In this document: piece after piece, positions 8,098 to 16,160 of the stretch | How the letters are laid out: every line of letters starts with the position of its first letter | Numbering within the stretch: the stretch's first letter is position 1 | IMG/VR virus record: IMGVR_UViG_3300025617_000008 | Source: an uncultured virus (IMG/VR IMGVR_UViG_3300025617_000008) | Lineage: Duplodnaviria > Heunggongvirae > Uroviricota > Caudoviricetes | Length of the DNA stretch: 64,000 nt | Reading direction: 5' to 3' (one strand) | Notes under the pieces: generated by a model | Seen by the model: the letters and a program-made list of their open reading frames with translations, nothing else | Databases searched by the model: none | Told to the model about the DNA's origin: nothing | Program-made: the position numbers and the translations under genes

Positions 8098-8835
8098 ATG
8101 AAAGACATCCTACAAGACATTGTAAGCCATACACAGAACCTCGGCTTTCTAACAACCGTAAAGGTTACAGGTGAAGAAGAAAGTACTGCTATTTTTTCAA
8201 TGGCAGATGACCGTTCAGTGATCATGGAAGCAACAACTCATAATCCTTATCCGGATATGATTGGCATTTTTGGAATGCCGCAACTTAATAAACTAAAGTA
8301 TTTGTTAGACGGTAGCGAATACAAAGAAGATGCTAAAATTAATATTACAACAGCAGACCGCAACGGCGAAACTATGCCAGTTGGTATTCACTTTGAAAAT
8401 AAAAACGGAGACTTTAAAAACGATTATCGTTTCATGAATATGGAAATTATTAATGAAAAGATGAAAACTGTAAAGTTCCGTGGTGCTAACTGGAACGTAA
8501 CTATTGTTCCTACACTTGCTGGTGTACAACGTATGAACTTCCAAGCAGGTGCTAACCCAGAGCATCCGACATTCCTTGCTAAAACTGATCAAGGTAATCT
8601 TAAATTTATCTTCGGTGACGCAAGTTCACACGCAGGTGAGTTTATTTTTGCTACTGACGTTGAAGGTACATTGGATCGTGGTTGGACTTGGCCTGTTGCT
8701 CCTATCCTTGCTATTCTTAAGATTGCTGATGTTAATAATACTAAGATGAGCTTGAGCAACGATGGTGCTATCCAGATTGAACTAGACAGTGGATTAGCAA
8801 ATTACAAATATATCATTCCAGCACAGGCGGCCTAA
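8098..8835 (+). CDS. Probable DNA sliding clamp (gp45/PCNA-like)
   Basis: 245 aa, directly after the polymerase; alternating beta/alpha pattern and PCNA-like C-terminus GAIQIELDSGLANYKYIIPAQ. Confidence 0.6.
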   Translation: MKDILQDIVSHTQNLGFLTTVKVTGEEESTAIFSMADDRSVIMEATTHNPYPDMIGIFGMPQLNKLKYLLDGSEYKEDAKINITTADRNGETMPVGIHFENKNGDFKNDYRFMNMEIINEKMKTVKFRGANWNVTIVPTLAGVQRMNFQAGANPEHPTFLAKTDQGNLKFIFGDASSHAGEFIFATDVEGTLDRGWTWPVAPILAILKIADVNNTKMSLSNDGAIQIELDSGLANYKYIIPAQAA

Positions 8836-8838
8836 ATA
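8833..8838 (+). promoter_or_regulatory. T4-like late promoter core TAAATA
   Basis: Overlaps the clamp stop codon; 5 nt upstream of ATG 8844, no SD in between. Confidence 0.55.
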
Positions 8839-8843
8839 ATATT

Positions 8844-10358
8844 ATGAAAGCACCAGTTAACTTAACAAAATTACAGAAAGACTACGCAGTGTATTTGCCT
8901 GCTATTAGTACTTTCTATTCAACGTACATATCTAAACAAAGGTATGGAGAATTTGTTCCAGCGGACAGACTACCTAAAGGGTTCGATCGCGGCATTGAAG
9001 GAATGAACTTTTTAAACGCAGAGCAAGGATATTTTGATTACAAATATGGTTTGTATTCTGCGGGACATGCGCAACTTGATCTCGACAAAACTATTAAACA
9101 AGACAGCATGGTTCAAGAACGTGATAGAGAGAATACTGTTATTGTAGGTGACTCAGGTGGTTATCAGATTGGTAAAGGTGTCCTTAAGTTTGACTGGCAT
9201 AATTTTGAAGGGCCTGCGGCTGATAAAACCCGTAGCAACATTCTTAACTGGCTAGAGCTAACAGCAGATTGGTCAATGCTACTTGATGTTCCGACTTGGG
9301 CTAGTGACCATATTCACTCTCCTAAAACAGGACTAAAAAGTTTTGATGATTGTTTAGAAAAAACACTACACAACAACAAATACTTTATTGACAATAGATT
9401 AGGCAACACAAAGTTCTTAAACGTTTTACAAGGTAGCGACTGGGAAACTGCTGATGCTTGGTATCAAGCAGTTAAACATTTACCAACAGAAGGTTGGGCT
9501 ATGGGTGGTAAAAACATGTGTGACATGGAAATTGCCCTAAAACGTATTATTACACTACGTGATGAAAAACTATTAGAAGACCGAGACTGGATGCACTTCT
9601 TGGGTACAGCACAACTAGATTGGAGTTGTTACTTAACTAGCATTCAGCGTCAAGTACGTAAAACAGTTAACGAAAACTTTACAGCATCATTTGACTGTGC
9701 TTCGCCTTTTATTGCTACTGCTCACGGACTTGTGTATACTAACGCACAACATACAAACAAACGCTGGTCAGTTATTATGGACAAAGCACCTGATAATAAA
9801 GGCATTAGTCAACGTTTTGATATTCCGTTTCCATTCGAAAGCGAGATTGGTCGTAGAATGACACAGGGCGATGTATGTTGGTATAAGCCCGGCATGCTTA
9901 ATAAAATAGGTAAGGAAGGTAAAACTTCTTGGGATAGTTTTAGTTACGCATTAATGATGGCACACAATACATATTGTCATATTGTTGCTGTACAACGTGC
10001 TAACAACTTGTCAGATATCGAAACAGCACGTTTTAAACCAGACTGGAAAGCATGGCGTAAGATTAAAGACTCGGACATGAGTGACGAATTTAGTGATTGG
10101 GTACCTCGTAATGTATTGTACTTTGATCGCTTTGTAGAAGAGTTGTTTGCTAGTGAAAAACCGTTTGATATGATTGAGCAAGCAAAACCTATGTTAAACA
10201 ACATGATGGGTATGCGACTCAAAGGCGGTGTAGCGAATAACACATTTAATAACTTGTTCGACGAAGAACAAAAAACAGGTGGTATTGAAGACTTCAACGA
10301 TCCAAACGATGAAGCATTGGCTGAGTTAGAGGAACTATATCACGAACAGGAGGCATAA
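8844..10358 (+). CDS. dpdA: TGT-fold 7-deazaguanine DNA transglycosylase (DpdA-like)
   Basis: DSGGYQ, LDVP, VLQG, GWAMGG, HFLG and SFDCAS motifs in TGT order; clustered with folE, queE and a QueD-paralog. Confidence 0.8.
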   Translation: MKAPVNLTKLQKDYAVYLPAISTFYSTYISKQRYGEFVPADRLPKGFDRGIEGMNFLNAEQGYFDYKYGLYSAGHAQLDLDKTIKQDSMVQERDRENTVIVGDSGGYQIGKGVLKFDWHNFEGPAADKTRSNILNWLELTADWSMLLDVPTWASDHIHSPKTGLKSFDDCLEKTLHNNKYFIDNRLGNTKFLNVLQGSDWETADAWYQAVKHLPTEGWAMGGKNMCDMEIALKRIITLRDEKLLEDRDWMHFLGTAQLDWSCYLTSIQRQVRKTVNENFTASFDCASPFIATAHGLVYTNAQHTNKRWSVIMDKAPDNKGISQRFDIPFPFESEIGRRMTQGDVCWYKPGMLNKIGKEGKTSWDSFSYALMMAHNTYCHIVAVQRANNLSDIETARFKPDWKAWRKIKDSDMSDEFSDWVPRNVLYFDRFVEELFASEKPFDMIEQAKPMLNNMMGMRLKGGVANNTFNNLFDEEQKTGGIEDFNDPNDEALAELEELYHEQEA

Positions 10359-10534
10359 TGTCTAATAAAGATAATTTAGCATATCTTAAACAGAAACATT
10401 TAGAACTCGATAGTAAAATTGATCGTTTATCTAATCCTTACTTAGGTACAGATCCTATAAAGTTAACAGAGTTAAAAAAAGAAAAACTACTAATCAAAGA
10501 ACACATCGTGAGAATAGAAGAAGCAAACTTATGA
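10358..10534 (+). CDS. DUF465/YdcH-like small coiled-coil protein (not in ORF track)
   Basis: AGGAGG RBS; MSNKDNLAYLKQKHLELDSKIDRL...LTELKKEKLLIKEHIVRIE (58 aa); TAATG and ATGA overlaps at the two ends. Confidence 0.75.
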   Translation: MSNKDNLAYLKQKHLELDSKIDRLSNPYLGTDPIKLTELKKEKLLIKEHIVRIEEANL

Positions 10535-11064
10535 AAAGAGATTACCAAACAGGTGTAGCAGAAGATATTATATTCTTTACAGGCGTAGAAGTTGAAAAGA
10601 CTCCTGCTATTGGAAAGAAAACTTTGTTTGTAACTGGTATAAACCCTTGTGATGTTATACAAAAGCATTACGATGAAAAGCAGTGCGAACACATCTTCTT
10701 TGGTGCTAATCATAGTTTTAATCCGGGCGTCAACTTTCCAAAGGATGCTGATGCTTGGGAAGAGTGGGACGACATGATTATGTACTTTCTAAACAAAGGC
10801 ATCTTATGTAGTCTTGACTTACCTTACAATCACGCAGAAGCATTATTAGAAAGCGGAATGATTGAGCAAAATAACTTTATTCCGCAGATTCGTATTCCCC
10901 TTCCTTACATTAAACAGTATAATTATAACACCATGATTAAACTAGATGATAAGGATTTCAACGCAACCAATCCAGGTGTTTGGTGTCATAGACTTCATAA
11001 TCTAATGGACGATGAAAAGTTTACAGATTGGACAAAATATACTCTTGACAAACCAGTAGAATAA
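10531..11064 (+). CDS. Hypothetical protein in the deazaguanine cluster
   Basis: 177-aa ORF with enzyme-like motifs (KTLFVTG, HIFFGANHSF, KLDDKDF, NPGVWCH); no family recognised. Confidence 0.75.
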   Translation: MKRDYQTGVAEDIIFFTGVEVEKTPAIGKKTLFVTGINPCDVIQKHYDEKQCEHIFFGANHSFNPGVNFPKDADAWEEWDDMIMYFLNKGILCSLDLPYNHAEALLESGMIEQNNFIPQIRIPLPYIKQYNYNTMIKLDDKDFNATNPGVWCHRLHNLMDDEKFTDWTKYTLDKPVE

Positions 11065-11073
11065 TGGTATACT
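11045..11073 (+). promoter_or_regulatory. sigma70-type promoter
   Basis: TTGACA-17 nt-TATACT with a TG extended -10. Confidence 0.75.
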
Positions 11074-11076
11074 ATA

Positions 11077-11586
11077 ATGGAACAACAAGAAAGTTATCAC
11101 AACTATATGATGAGAAAAATGAAAGAAGACGATTACAAAACTTATATGAGATCAAAGGTAAATAGATCCATATGGGTTACATTCAAAAAAGAGGGAATTC
11201 ACAAATACCCTGCGGCTCTAACAGATCCGAAATTAGCAACAGGAGGTTGGGATGATGTATCGTTTCTTGGTCATCCTCACCGTCATATTTTCCATTTCCG
11301 GGTGCGCATCGAAGTGCGTCACAACGATAGAGATATCGAATTCATCCAGTTCAAAAGATGGCTCGAACGACTCTACTCCGGAGCCAATACAGGACAGGAT
11401 ACTGGAGGAAGTGCGGAACAAGGCACAACCGACAGTGAAGTGCTCCTTTTAGATTACAAATCTTGCGAAATGATCGCTGACGAATTGTATGAAAAGATTT
11501 CAGCAAAATACCCAGGCCGATTTGTTGAAATTGAAGTTGCCGAAGACGGCGAAAACGGCTGTAATATTTTTTACCCTAAACAGTGA
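11077..11586 (+). CDS. QueD/PTPS-fold paralog with LxxxHRHxF motif (DpdL-like)
   Basis: EGIH...FLGHPHRHIFHFRV, DIEF, SCEMIA and VAEDGENG are T-fold hallmarks; lacks the CxxxHGH of canonical QueD. Exact start uncertain. Confidence 0.75.
   Translation: MEQQESYHNYMMRKMKEDDYKTYMRSKVNRSIWVTFKKEGIHKYPAALTDPKLATGGWDDVSFLGHPHRHIFHFRVRIEVRHNDRDIEFIQFKRWLERLYSGANTGQDTGGSAEQGTTDSEVLLLDYKSCEMIADELYEKISAKYPGRFVEIEVAEDGENGCNIFYPKQ
11252..11452 (+). CDS. Putative lipoprotein nested in the +1 frame of the QueD-paralog
   Basis: AGGAGG at 11241-11246; signal peptide MMYRFLVILTVIFSISG-C with lipobox. Confidence 0.55.
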   Translation: MMYRFLVILTVIFSISGCASKCVTTIEISNSSSSKDGSNDSTPEPIQDRILEEVRNKAQPTVKCSF

Positions 11587-11602
11587 TAAGAGGATTGATA
11601 AA

Positions 11603-11815
11603 ATGGCAATCAAGTTTAATCGTGATGCGTATACCCGAGTCTTTAATGAATTGGATGCGTACTTGGATTTTTGCCGCTTTGAACTCCGTGAGTTCAACCC
11701 TGCACACCTTTTCAATAAGTCCAACGAAAATTGGCGGGCTTATTTGGCAAGTAAGCGGAGTAACTACCGTCCACGGAGACCAAGATATAATAACAATTAT
11801 AAAAGGAAACACTAA
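11603..11815 (+). CDS. Small hypothetical protein with basic tail
   Basis: AGAGGA RBS; MAIKFNRDAYTRVFNELDAYLDFCRFELREFNP...; stop abuts the next ATG. Confidence 0.65.
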   Translation: MAIKFNRDAYTRVFNELDAYLDFCRFELREFNPAHLFNKSNENWRAYLASKRSNYRPRRPRYNNNYKRKH

Positions 11816-12862
11816 ATGACTATCTTTATCGTTGACATTGAAGCAGTTGATACACGTTATACTAAACAGTGGAAGGAACATGTTCCTAATCTGCTACGCA
11901 ATGCTACCGGTAAAGAAGTTGTAGTAGTGAGTGGGGGAGAGACGCCTCAGGCTACGACACCTGGGGCGTTCCTCAACTTTGGCGGAACTAATGTTTATAA
12001 ATCAAAACAACTAGAGCAGATCGGTGAAATGTTCTGTAAAGGAGAAGTAAAGGATGGAGATTATTTCCTATATACGGATGCGTGGAACCCAACTGTTATC
12101 CAACTTAAATACATGGCTGAGTTATTGGGCGTTGACATTAGAATCGGTGGCTTATGGCATGCTGGTTCTTATGATCCTGCTGATTTCCTCGGCAGACTAA
12201 TTGGTGATAAACCTTGGGTACGCAATGCTGAACGTTCAATGTATGAATGTTATGATCATAACTTTTTTGCTACAGACTTCCATATTGATCTATTTGAAGA
12301 ATCATTCCGTGAAATTATGGTAGAGCATGAACCTGTAAGAACAGGCTGGCCTATGGAATATTTGCCCGACACACTGGCAATGTATACCGGAATGAAAAAG
12401 AGAGACCTTATTTTATTTCCACATAGAATTGCTCCTGAAAAACAAGTAGACATTTTTCGCGACTTAGCAGAACAACTTCCAGAGTATGAGTTCGTGATAT
12501 GCCAAGAACAACAACTTACAAAGAACGAATATCACAACTTGTTAGGTGAAGCAAAGATGGTGTTCTCAGCTAATCTACAGGAAACACTCGGTATTAGTTG
12601 GTACGAAGGCGCCCTTGTAGATGCTATTCCTATGGTACCTGATAGATTAAGTTATAGCGAAATGGCTATAGATGAATTTAAGTATCCAAGTGAATGGACT
12701 GAATCGTTTGAATCTTACAAAAAAAATAGATCTAAAGTAGTTACTGCTGTAAAAGAGTATATGGAAAATTATGAAAAGTATCTACCTAGCCTAAATAAAC
12801 AAGTAAAACAACTGAAAGATGAATTTTTCGGTTGCTCTAATATGATAAAAGTGTTAAAATAA
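11816..12862 (+). CDS. GT-B fold glycosyltransferase (GT4-like)
   Basis: FPHRIAPEKQ and ETLGISWYEG (Ex7E signature), followed by PMVPDRLSYSEM. Confidence 0.82.
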   Translation: MTIFIVDIEAVDTRYTKQWKEHVPNLLRNATGKEVVVVSGGETPQATTPGAFLNFGGTNVYKSKQLEQIGEMFCKGEVKDGDYFLYTDAWNPTVIQLKYMAELLGVDIRIGGLWHAGSYDPADFLGRLIGDKPWVRNAERSMYECYDHNFFATDFHIDLFEESFREIMVEHEPVRTGWPMEYLPDTLAMYTGMKKRDLILFPHRIAPEKQVDIFRDLAEQLPEYEFVICQEQQLTKNEYHNLLGEAKMVFSANLQETLGISWYEGALVDAIPMVPDRLSYSEMAIDEFKYPSEWTESFESYKKNRSKVVTAVKEYMENYEKYLPSLNKQVKQLKDEFFGCSNMIKVLK

Positions 12863-12871
12863 TATTATGAT

Positions 12872-12900
12872 GAGAGACATCCTCGTCTATAACTCGGAGA
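12872..12900 (+). promoter_or_regulatory. Candidate RBS-sequestering pseudoknot upstream of folE
   Basis: AGAC/GTCT stem with loop ATCCTC; loop TCC is complementary to GGA of the SD. Confidence 0.35.
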
Positions 12901-12906
12901 AATAAA

Positions 12907-13593
12907 TTGACTAAGTCGACACAAATTAAACAAAAACTAGATGATGCCGGTATCCGTTATTGGGCTGGCGATAACATTTCAGAAGTACTACAAACAGGCG
13001 ATAAAGAAGCACTTATCGAAGAACTTACAGGTAAGTTTGAAAGTGTACTAGATAGCCTTGTTATTGATCGTCACAATGATCCTAACAGCATGGATACAGG
13101 CCGACGTCTTGCTAAAATGTATGTAAACGAGATCATGAGCGGACGCTATGATCCTATTCCAAAAGCAACAGCATTTCCAAACGAAGGCGAAGAAGCATAC
13201 ACAGGCATGCTAGTAGTTCGATCTGAATTACGTAGTGTTTGTTCACATCACCATCAGCCAGTAACAGGGGTAGCATATATTGGTATTATTCCTAATGGTA
13301 AAGTTATAGGACTTTCTAAGTATACACGCATCGCACAATGGTGTGCTAGACGTGGTACACTACAAGAAGAACTTGCCAATGATATTGCTCGAGAAATTGA
13401 AAAGGCAACAGGTGCTAAAAATTTAGGCGTTTATATACAAGCAACACACGGTTGTTGCGAAAATAGAGGTATTATGGCGCATTCAAGTTTAACACAGACC
13501 ACTGTGTTAAAAGGTAGTTTCAAAGAAGACAGTGGAACTAAAAAAGAGTTTATGGATAATATTAAATTACAACAGGAGTTTGCGCCACGATGA
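12907..13593 (+). CDS. folE: GTP cyclohydrolase I
   Basis: SVCSHHHQP, VIGLSKYTR, LQEEL, HGCCENRG; TTG start after GGAGA. Confidence 0.95.
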   Translation: MTKSTQIKQKLDDAGIRYWAGDNISEVLQTGDKEALIEELTGKFESVLDSLVIDRHNDPNSMDTGRRLAKMYVNEIMSGRYDPIPKATAFPNEGEEAYTGMLVVRSELRSVCSHHHQPVTGVAYIGIIPNGKVIGLSKYTRIAQWCARRGTLQEELANDIAREIEKATGAKNLGVYIQATHGCCENRGIMAHSSLTQTTVLKGSFKEDSGTKKEFMDNIKLQQEFAPR

Positions 13594-13778
13594 TGAAAGA
13601 AGGACCATTGCTAACAGCATTGCAAGCACCCGATGATGGTGTACTGAAGCAAGAATTTATTACTTACAGGCTAAAAGAAGATATGCTTGTTAAAGAAGTA
13701 GTAACACGCAAGTTTAAAGAAGATGGAGATTACTATGATTCTTCAACTTCTGAACCATTACTAAAGGTGGTAAGATAA
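13590..13778 (+). CDS. Hypothetical protein
   Basis: 62 aa, AGGAG RBS, overlaps both neighbours. Confidence 0.65.
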   Translation: MMKEGPLLTALQAPDDGVLKQEFITYRLKEDMLVKEVVTRKFKEDGDYYDSSTSEPLLKVVR

Positions 13779-13987
13779 TGCCTATACCAGAAAAAATTAT
13801 AATCCCGGCTTCGAAAGATCCCGGCAAAGGACATTTTTATGTTAGTCTTGTAAAAAGCGTTATTCGTTTAGCCGGAGCAAGTTGTTTTATTGCTCTAGGT
13901 TATGCGTTAGAAATGCCTTTGATGTTAGCAGGTGGTGTACTACTATTTGCCGCAGAAGTCTTAGGAATCGCAGAAGAGATTGTATAA
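13778..13987 (+). CDS. Small membrane protein
   Basis: Two hydrophobic helices; TAATG overlaps. Confidence 0.65.
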   Translation: MPIPEKIIIPASKDPGKGHFYVSLVKSVIRLAGASCFIALGYALEMPLMLAGGVLLFAAEVLGIAEEIV

Positions 13988-14190
13988 TGGGACCTTATTC
14001 AAAATCATTACAAGAAAAACGTAGAAAAAATCTAGAGCGAGTAATGTCTGACAAAAGAATTGGAGAAGACATGAAAAGGATCTGGAAGCAACACTACAAC
14101 AATCTTGCTGTTAATGAAGATGAATATTTAAAAAGAGTTCGAGAACTATACAGTAATAGATATAACAAATATGTGAAAGATTGGTTATAA
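13987..14190 (+). CDS. Hypothetical protein
   Basis: TAATG-coupled start at 13987 (MGPYSKSLQEKRRKN...). Confidence 0.6.
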   Translation: MGPYSKSLQEKRRKNLERVMSDKRIGEDMKRIWKQHYNNLAVNEDEYLKRVRELYSNRYNKYVKDWL

Positions 14191-14191
14191 A

Positions 14192-14695
14192 ATGTTTCTT
14201 AAATTACTTGAAAAATTAGGTCGTAAACGTGTAATTACAGATAGAGACGGAAAGGTACCTTATCTTATCCGTTACTATTTGTTTTTAAAAGAACGTAAGA
14301 ACTTTCCTTTTAACATTACACTACATAAAGTTCTTGTAAGCGATGAACCTACACTACATGATCATCCATGGGGTTATGCTACATTTATACTCAAAGGCGG
14401 ATATTGGGAACACATTCCAATCATTTCGCAAGAAGGTAACGTATGCGGTAGCACGAAAGTTTGGAGAGGTCCTGGACATTTTAGAATTAGAAGTGCAAAA
14501 GATTTACATTGGCTGGAGTTAGCAAAAGATGAAAATGGAAATGAAATACCTTGTTGGAGTTTGTTCTTCATGGGCACAAAAAGTCAAGAATGGGGCTTTA
14601 TGCCTTTTGTCAGCAAAGGCAGAATTGAAGAGCGTGGATACCAATGGATACACAACGAAGAATACTTGTCTAGATTTAAAATGGACAATTCATGA
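14192..14695 (+). CDS. Cupin-fold metalloprotein
   Basis: LHDHPW...ILKGGYWE and a downstream H (DLHWLEL), typical cupin motifs. Confidence 0.7.
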   Translation: MFLKLLEKLGRKRVITDRDGKVPYLIRYYLFLKERKNFPFNITLHKVLVSDEPTLHDHPWGYATFILKGGYWEHIPIISQEGNVCGSTKVWRGPGHFRIRSAKDLHWLELAKDENGNEIPCWSLFFMGTKSQEWGFMPFVSKGRIEERGYQWIHNEEYLSRFKMDNS

Positions 14696-14755
14696 TTATT
14701 ACGATTATCTTGTCGGAGAAGTAGATGAGAGAGGCGTACCACTCGGAGACAAAAA

Positions 14756-15304
14756 GTGAATATTAAAAAGAAATATTACAGTTGGGCAGATGTAGAACGT
14801 ATGTGTGTCAATATTGTAAATCAAATGTATAAGGATGGTTGGCGTCCTGATTACATTGTAGGCATTACACGAGGCGGTAATGTACCTGCTACTATTATTA
14901 GTAACATGACCGGCATTCGTTGCGAAGCACTTAAGGTAAGTTTGCGTGACGATGATAGCGAAAGCGAAACTAACTGTTGGATGAGCGAAGATGCCTTTGG
15001 TTATGTTCCGAAAGATGAAGATCGTGTTACTGGTGGTCCACTAGAAAAGAAAATACTTATTGTAGACGATATCAACGACACTGGTGCTACGTTTAACTGG
15101 ATTAAGGAAGATTGGCAAAGCATTTGCTTGCCTAATGATCCTAAATGGGGGAACGTGTGGGGCAACAATGTTCGTTTCGCAGTGTTAACAGATAACTTAT
15201 CAAGTGAATTTGATCAATGTGTTAATTATTGTTGCGACACAGTTAACAAAGCCGAGGAAGATGTTTGGCTTGTATACCCTTGGGAAAATGTAGGAGAATA
15301 CTAA
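14756..15304 (+). CDS. Type I phosphoribosyltransferase (xanthine/guanine PRT-like)
   Basis: IVGITRGG, PRPP-binding loop ILIVDDINDTGAT, C-terminal WLVYPWE. Confidence 0.88.
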   Translation: MNIKKKYYSWADVERMCVNIVNQMYKDGWRPDYIVGITRGGNVPATIISNMTGIRCEALKVSLRDDDSESETNCWMSEDAFGYVPKDEDRVTGGPLEKKILIVDDINDTGATFNWIKEDWQSICLPNDPKWGNVWGNNVRFAVLTDNLSSEFDQCVNYCCDTVNKAEEDVWLVYPWENVGEY

Positions 15305-15531
15305 TGTTTGAGTGGGGCAGAATTCACAAATGGGAAGAAAACTACGAGCGTGATATTACAGAAGATGTTCGTACATATATTTGTGAACATTATAGCGTAG
15401 AAGAAATCACAGAACTTACTGAAGAACAAATTACTGAAGTACAAGCATTTCGTGATGAACTAAATGAATATTCAGTAATGCAATGGGGTTTTAGCAATAT
15501 CTATTCAGAATGGGAAATGGAAAATGCGTGA
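15304..15531 (+). CDS. Acidic hypothetical protein
   Basis: AGGAGA RBS and TAATG-coupled start at 15304. Confidence 0.65.
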   Translation: MFEWGRIHKWEENYERDITEDVRTYICEHYSVEEITELTEEQITEVQAFRDELNEYSVMQWGFSNIYSEWEMENA

Positions 15532-15919
15532 CGACTTAATGGTACAACAGCAAGTATCTACTGTATGGCAACATATGGTAGGTGTTATCTGTTTAAATCT
15601 TGTTAACAGGCGTCAAACAAAACCTGTACTTACAGAGTTTTTTAAACGCTGGTCGACACCTGAATCATTACTGTATGCTACACGCAACGAGATTGAAGAT
15701 ATGCTAAAGCCTTTAGGAATGCAACGTGTAAGAGCACAAAGAATCTATCGCATGAGTGAACAGTTTAATGACTGGGATGGTGTTGATGCTACTGACTTAT
15801 GTGGTATTGGTAAGTATGGTAGTGATAGTTATAGGATCTTTTATAAAAATGATATTCCATCAGATGTAGAAGATAAAGAGTTAAAACGTTATATTGAGGA
15901 TAAATTAAATGTCGCATAA
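15524..15919 (+). CDS. HhH-GPD DNA glycosylase, MBD4-like catalytic domain
   Basis: LKPLG, HhH LCGIGKYGSDSYRIF and VEDKELKRY closely follow the MBD4 glycosylase pattern. Confidence 0.82.
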   Translation: MRDDLMVQQQVSTVWQHMVGVICLNLVNRRQTKPVLTEFFKRWSTPESLLYATRNEIEDMLKPLGMQRVRAQRIYRMSEQFNDWDGVDATDLCGIGKYGSDSYRIFYKNDIPSDVEDKELKRYIEDKLNVA

Positions 15920-16160
15920 TATGATTGATCAAATGGTTCCTGTACATTGTACAAACAACGATAAAGAGACAAACGGATATATTGTAAACGTTCGGCTCGA
16001 AAAGTTTATTGATGTAAGTATGAATACAGTAAAAGTACATTTTGATTATGTTGCTAAACACAAACATTATGTAGGAAGAATGGCCGGTTTAGAGTTTACA
16101 GTCAAAGCAAGCGACTTACCAGACGACCCTAATATTAAAACATTTCGGAGAACACGTTAA
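15909..16160 (+). CDS. Hypothetical protein
   Basis: 83 aa, GAGGA RBS, overlaps both neighbours. Confidence 0.65.
   Translation: MSHNMIDQMVPVHCTNNDKETNGYIVNVRLEKFIDVSMNTVKVHFDYVAKHKHYVGRMAGLEFTVKASDLPDDPNIKTFRRTR

Noticed and set aside
8844..10358. Calling the TGT-fold gene a tRNA-modifying tgt
   Set aside because: No CxCxxC zinc site is seen, and the replication-gene context and shared polymerase tail favour a DNA target; tRNA activity is not formally excluded.
14529..14759. Overlapping ORF suggesting a frameshifted cupin extension
   Set aside because: The cupin ORF looks complete and no slippery site is evident; cannot be supported without homologs.
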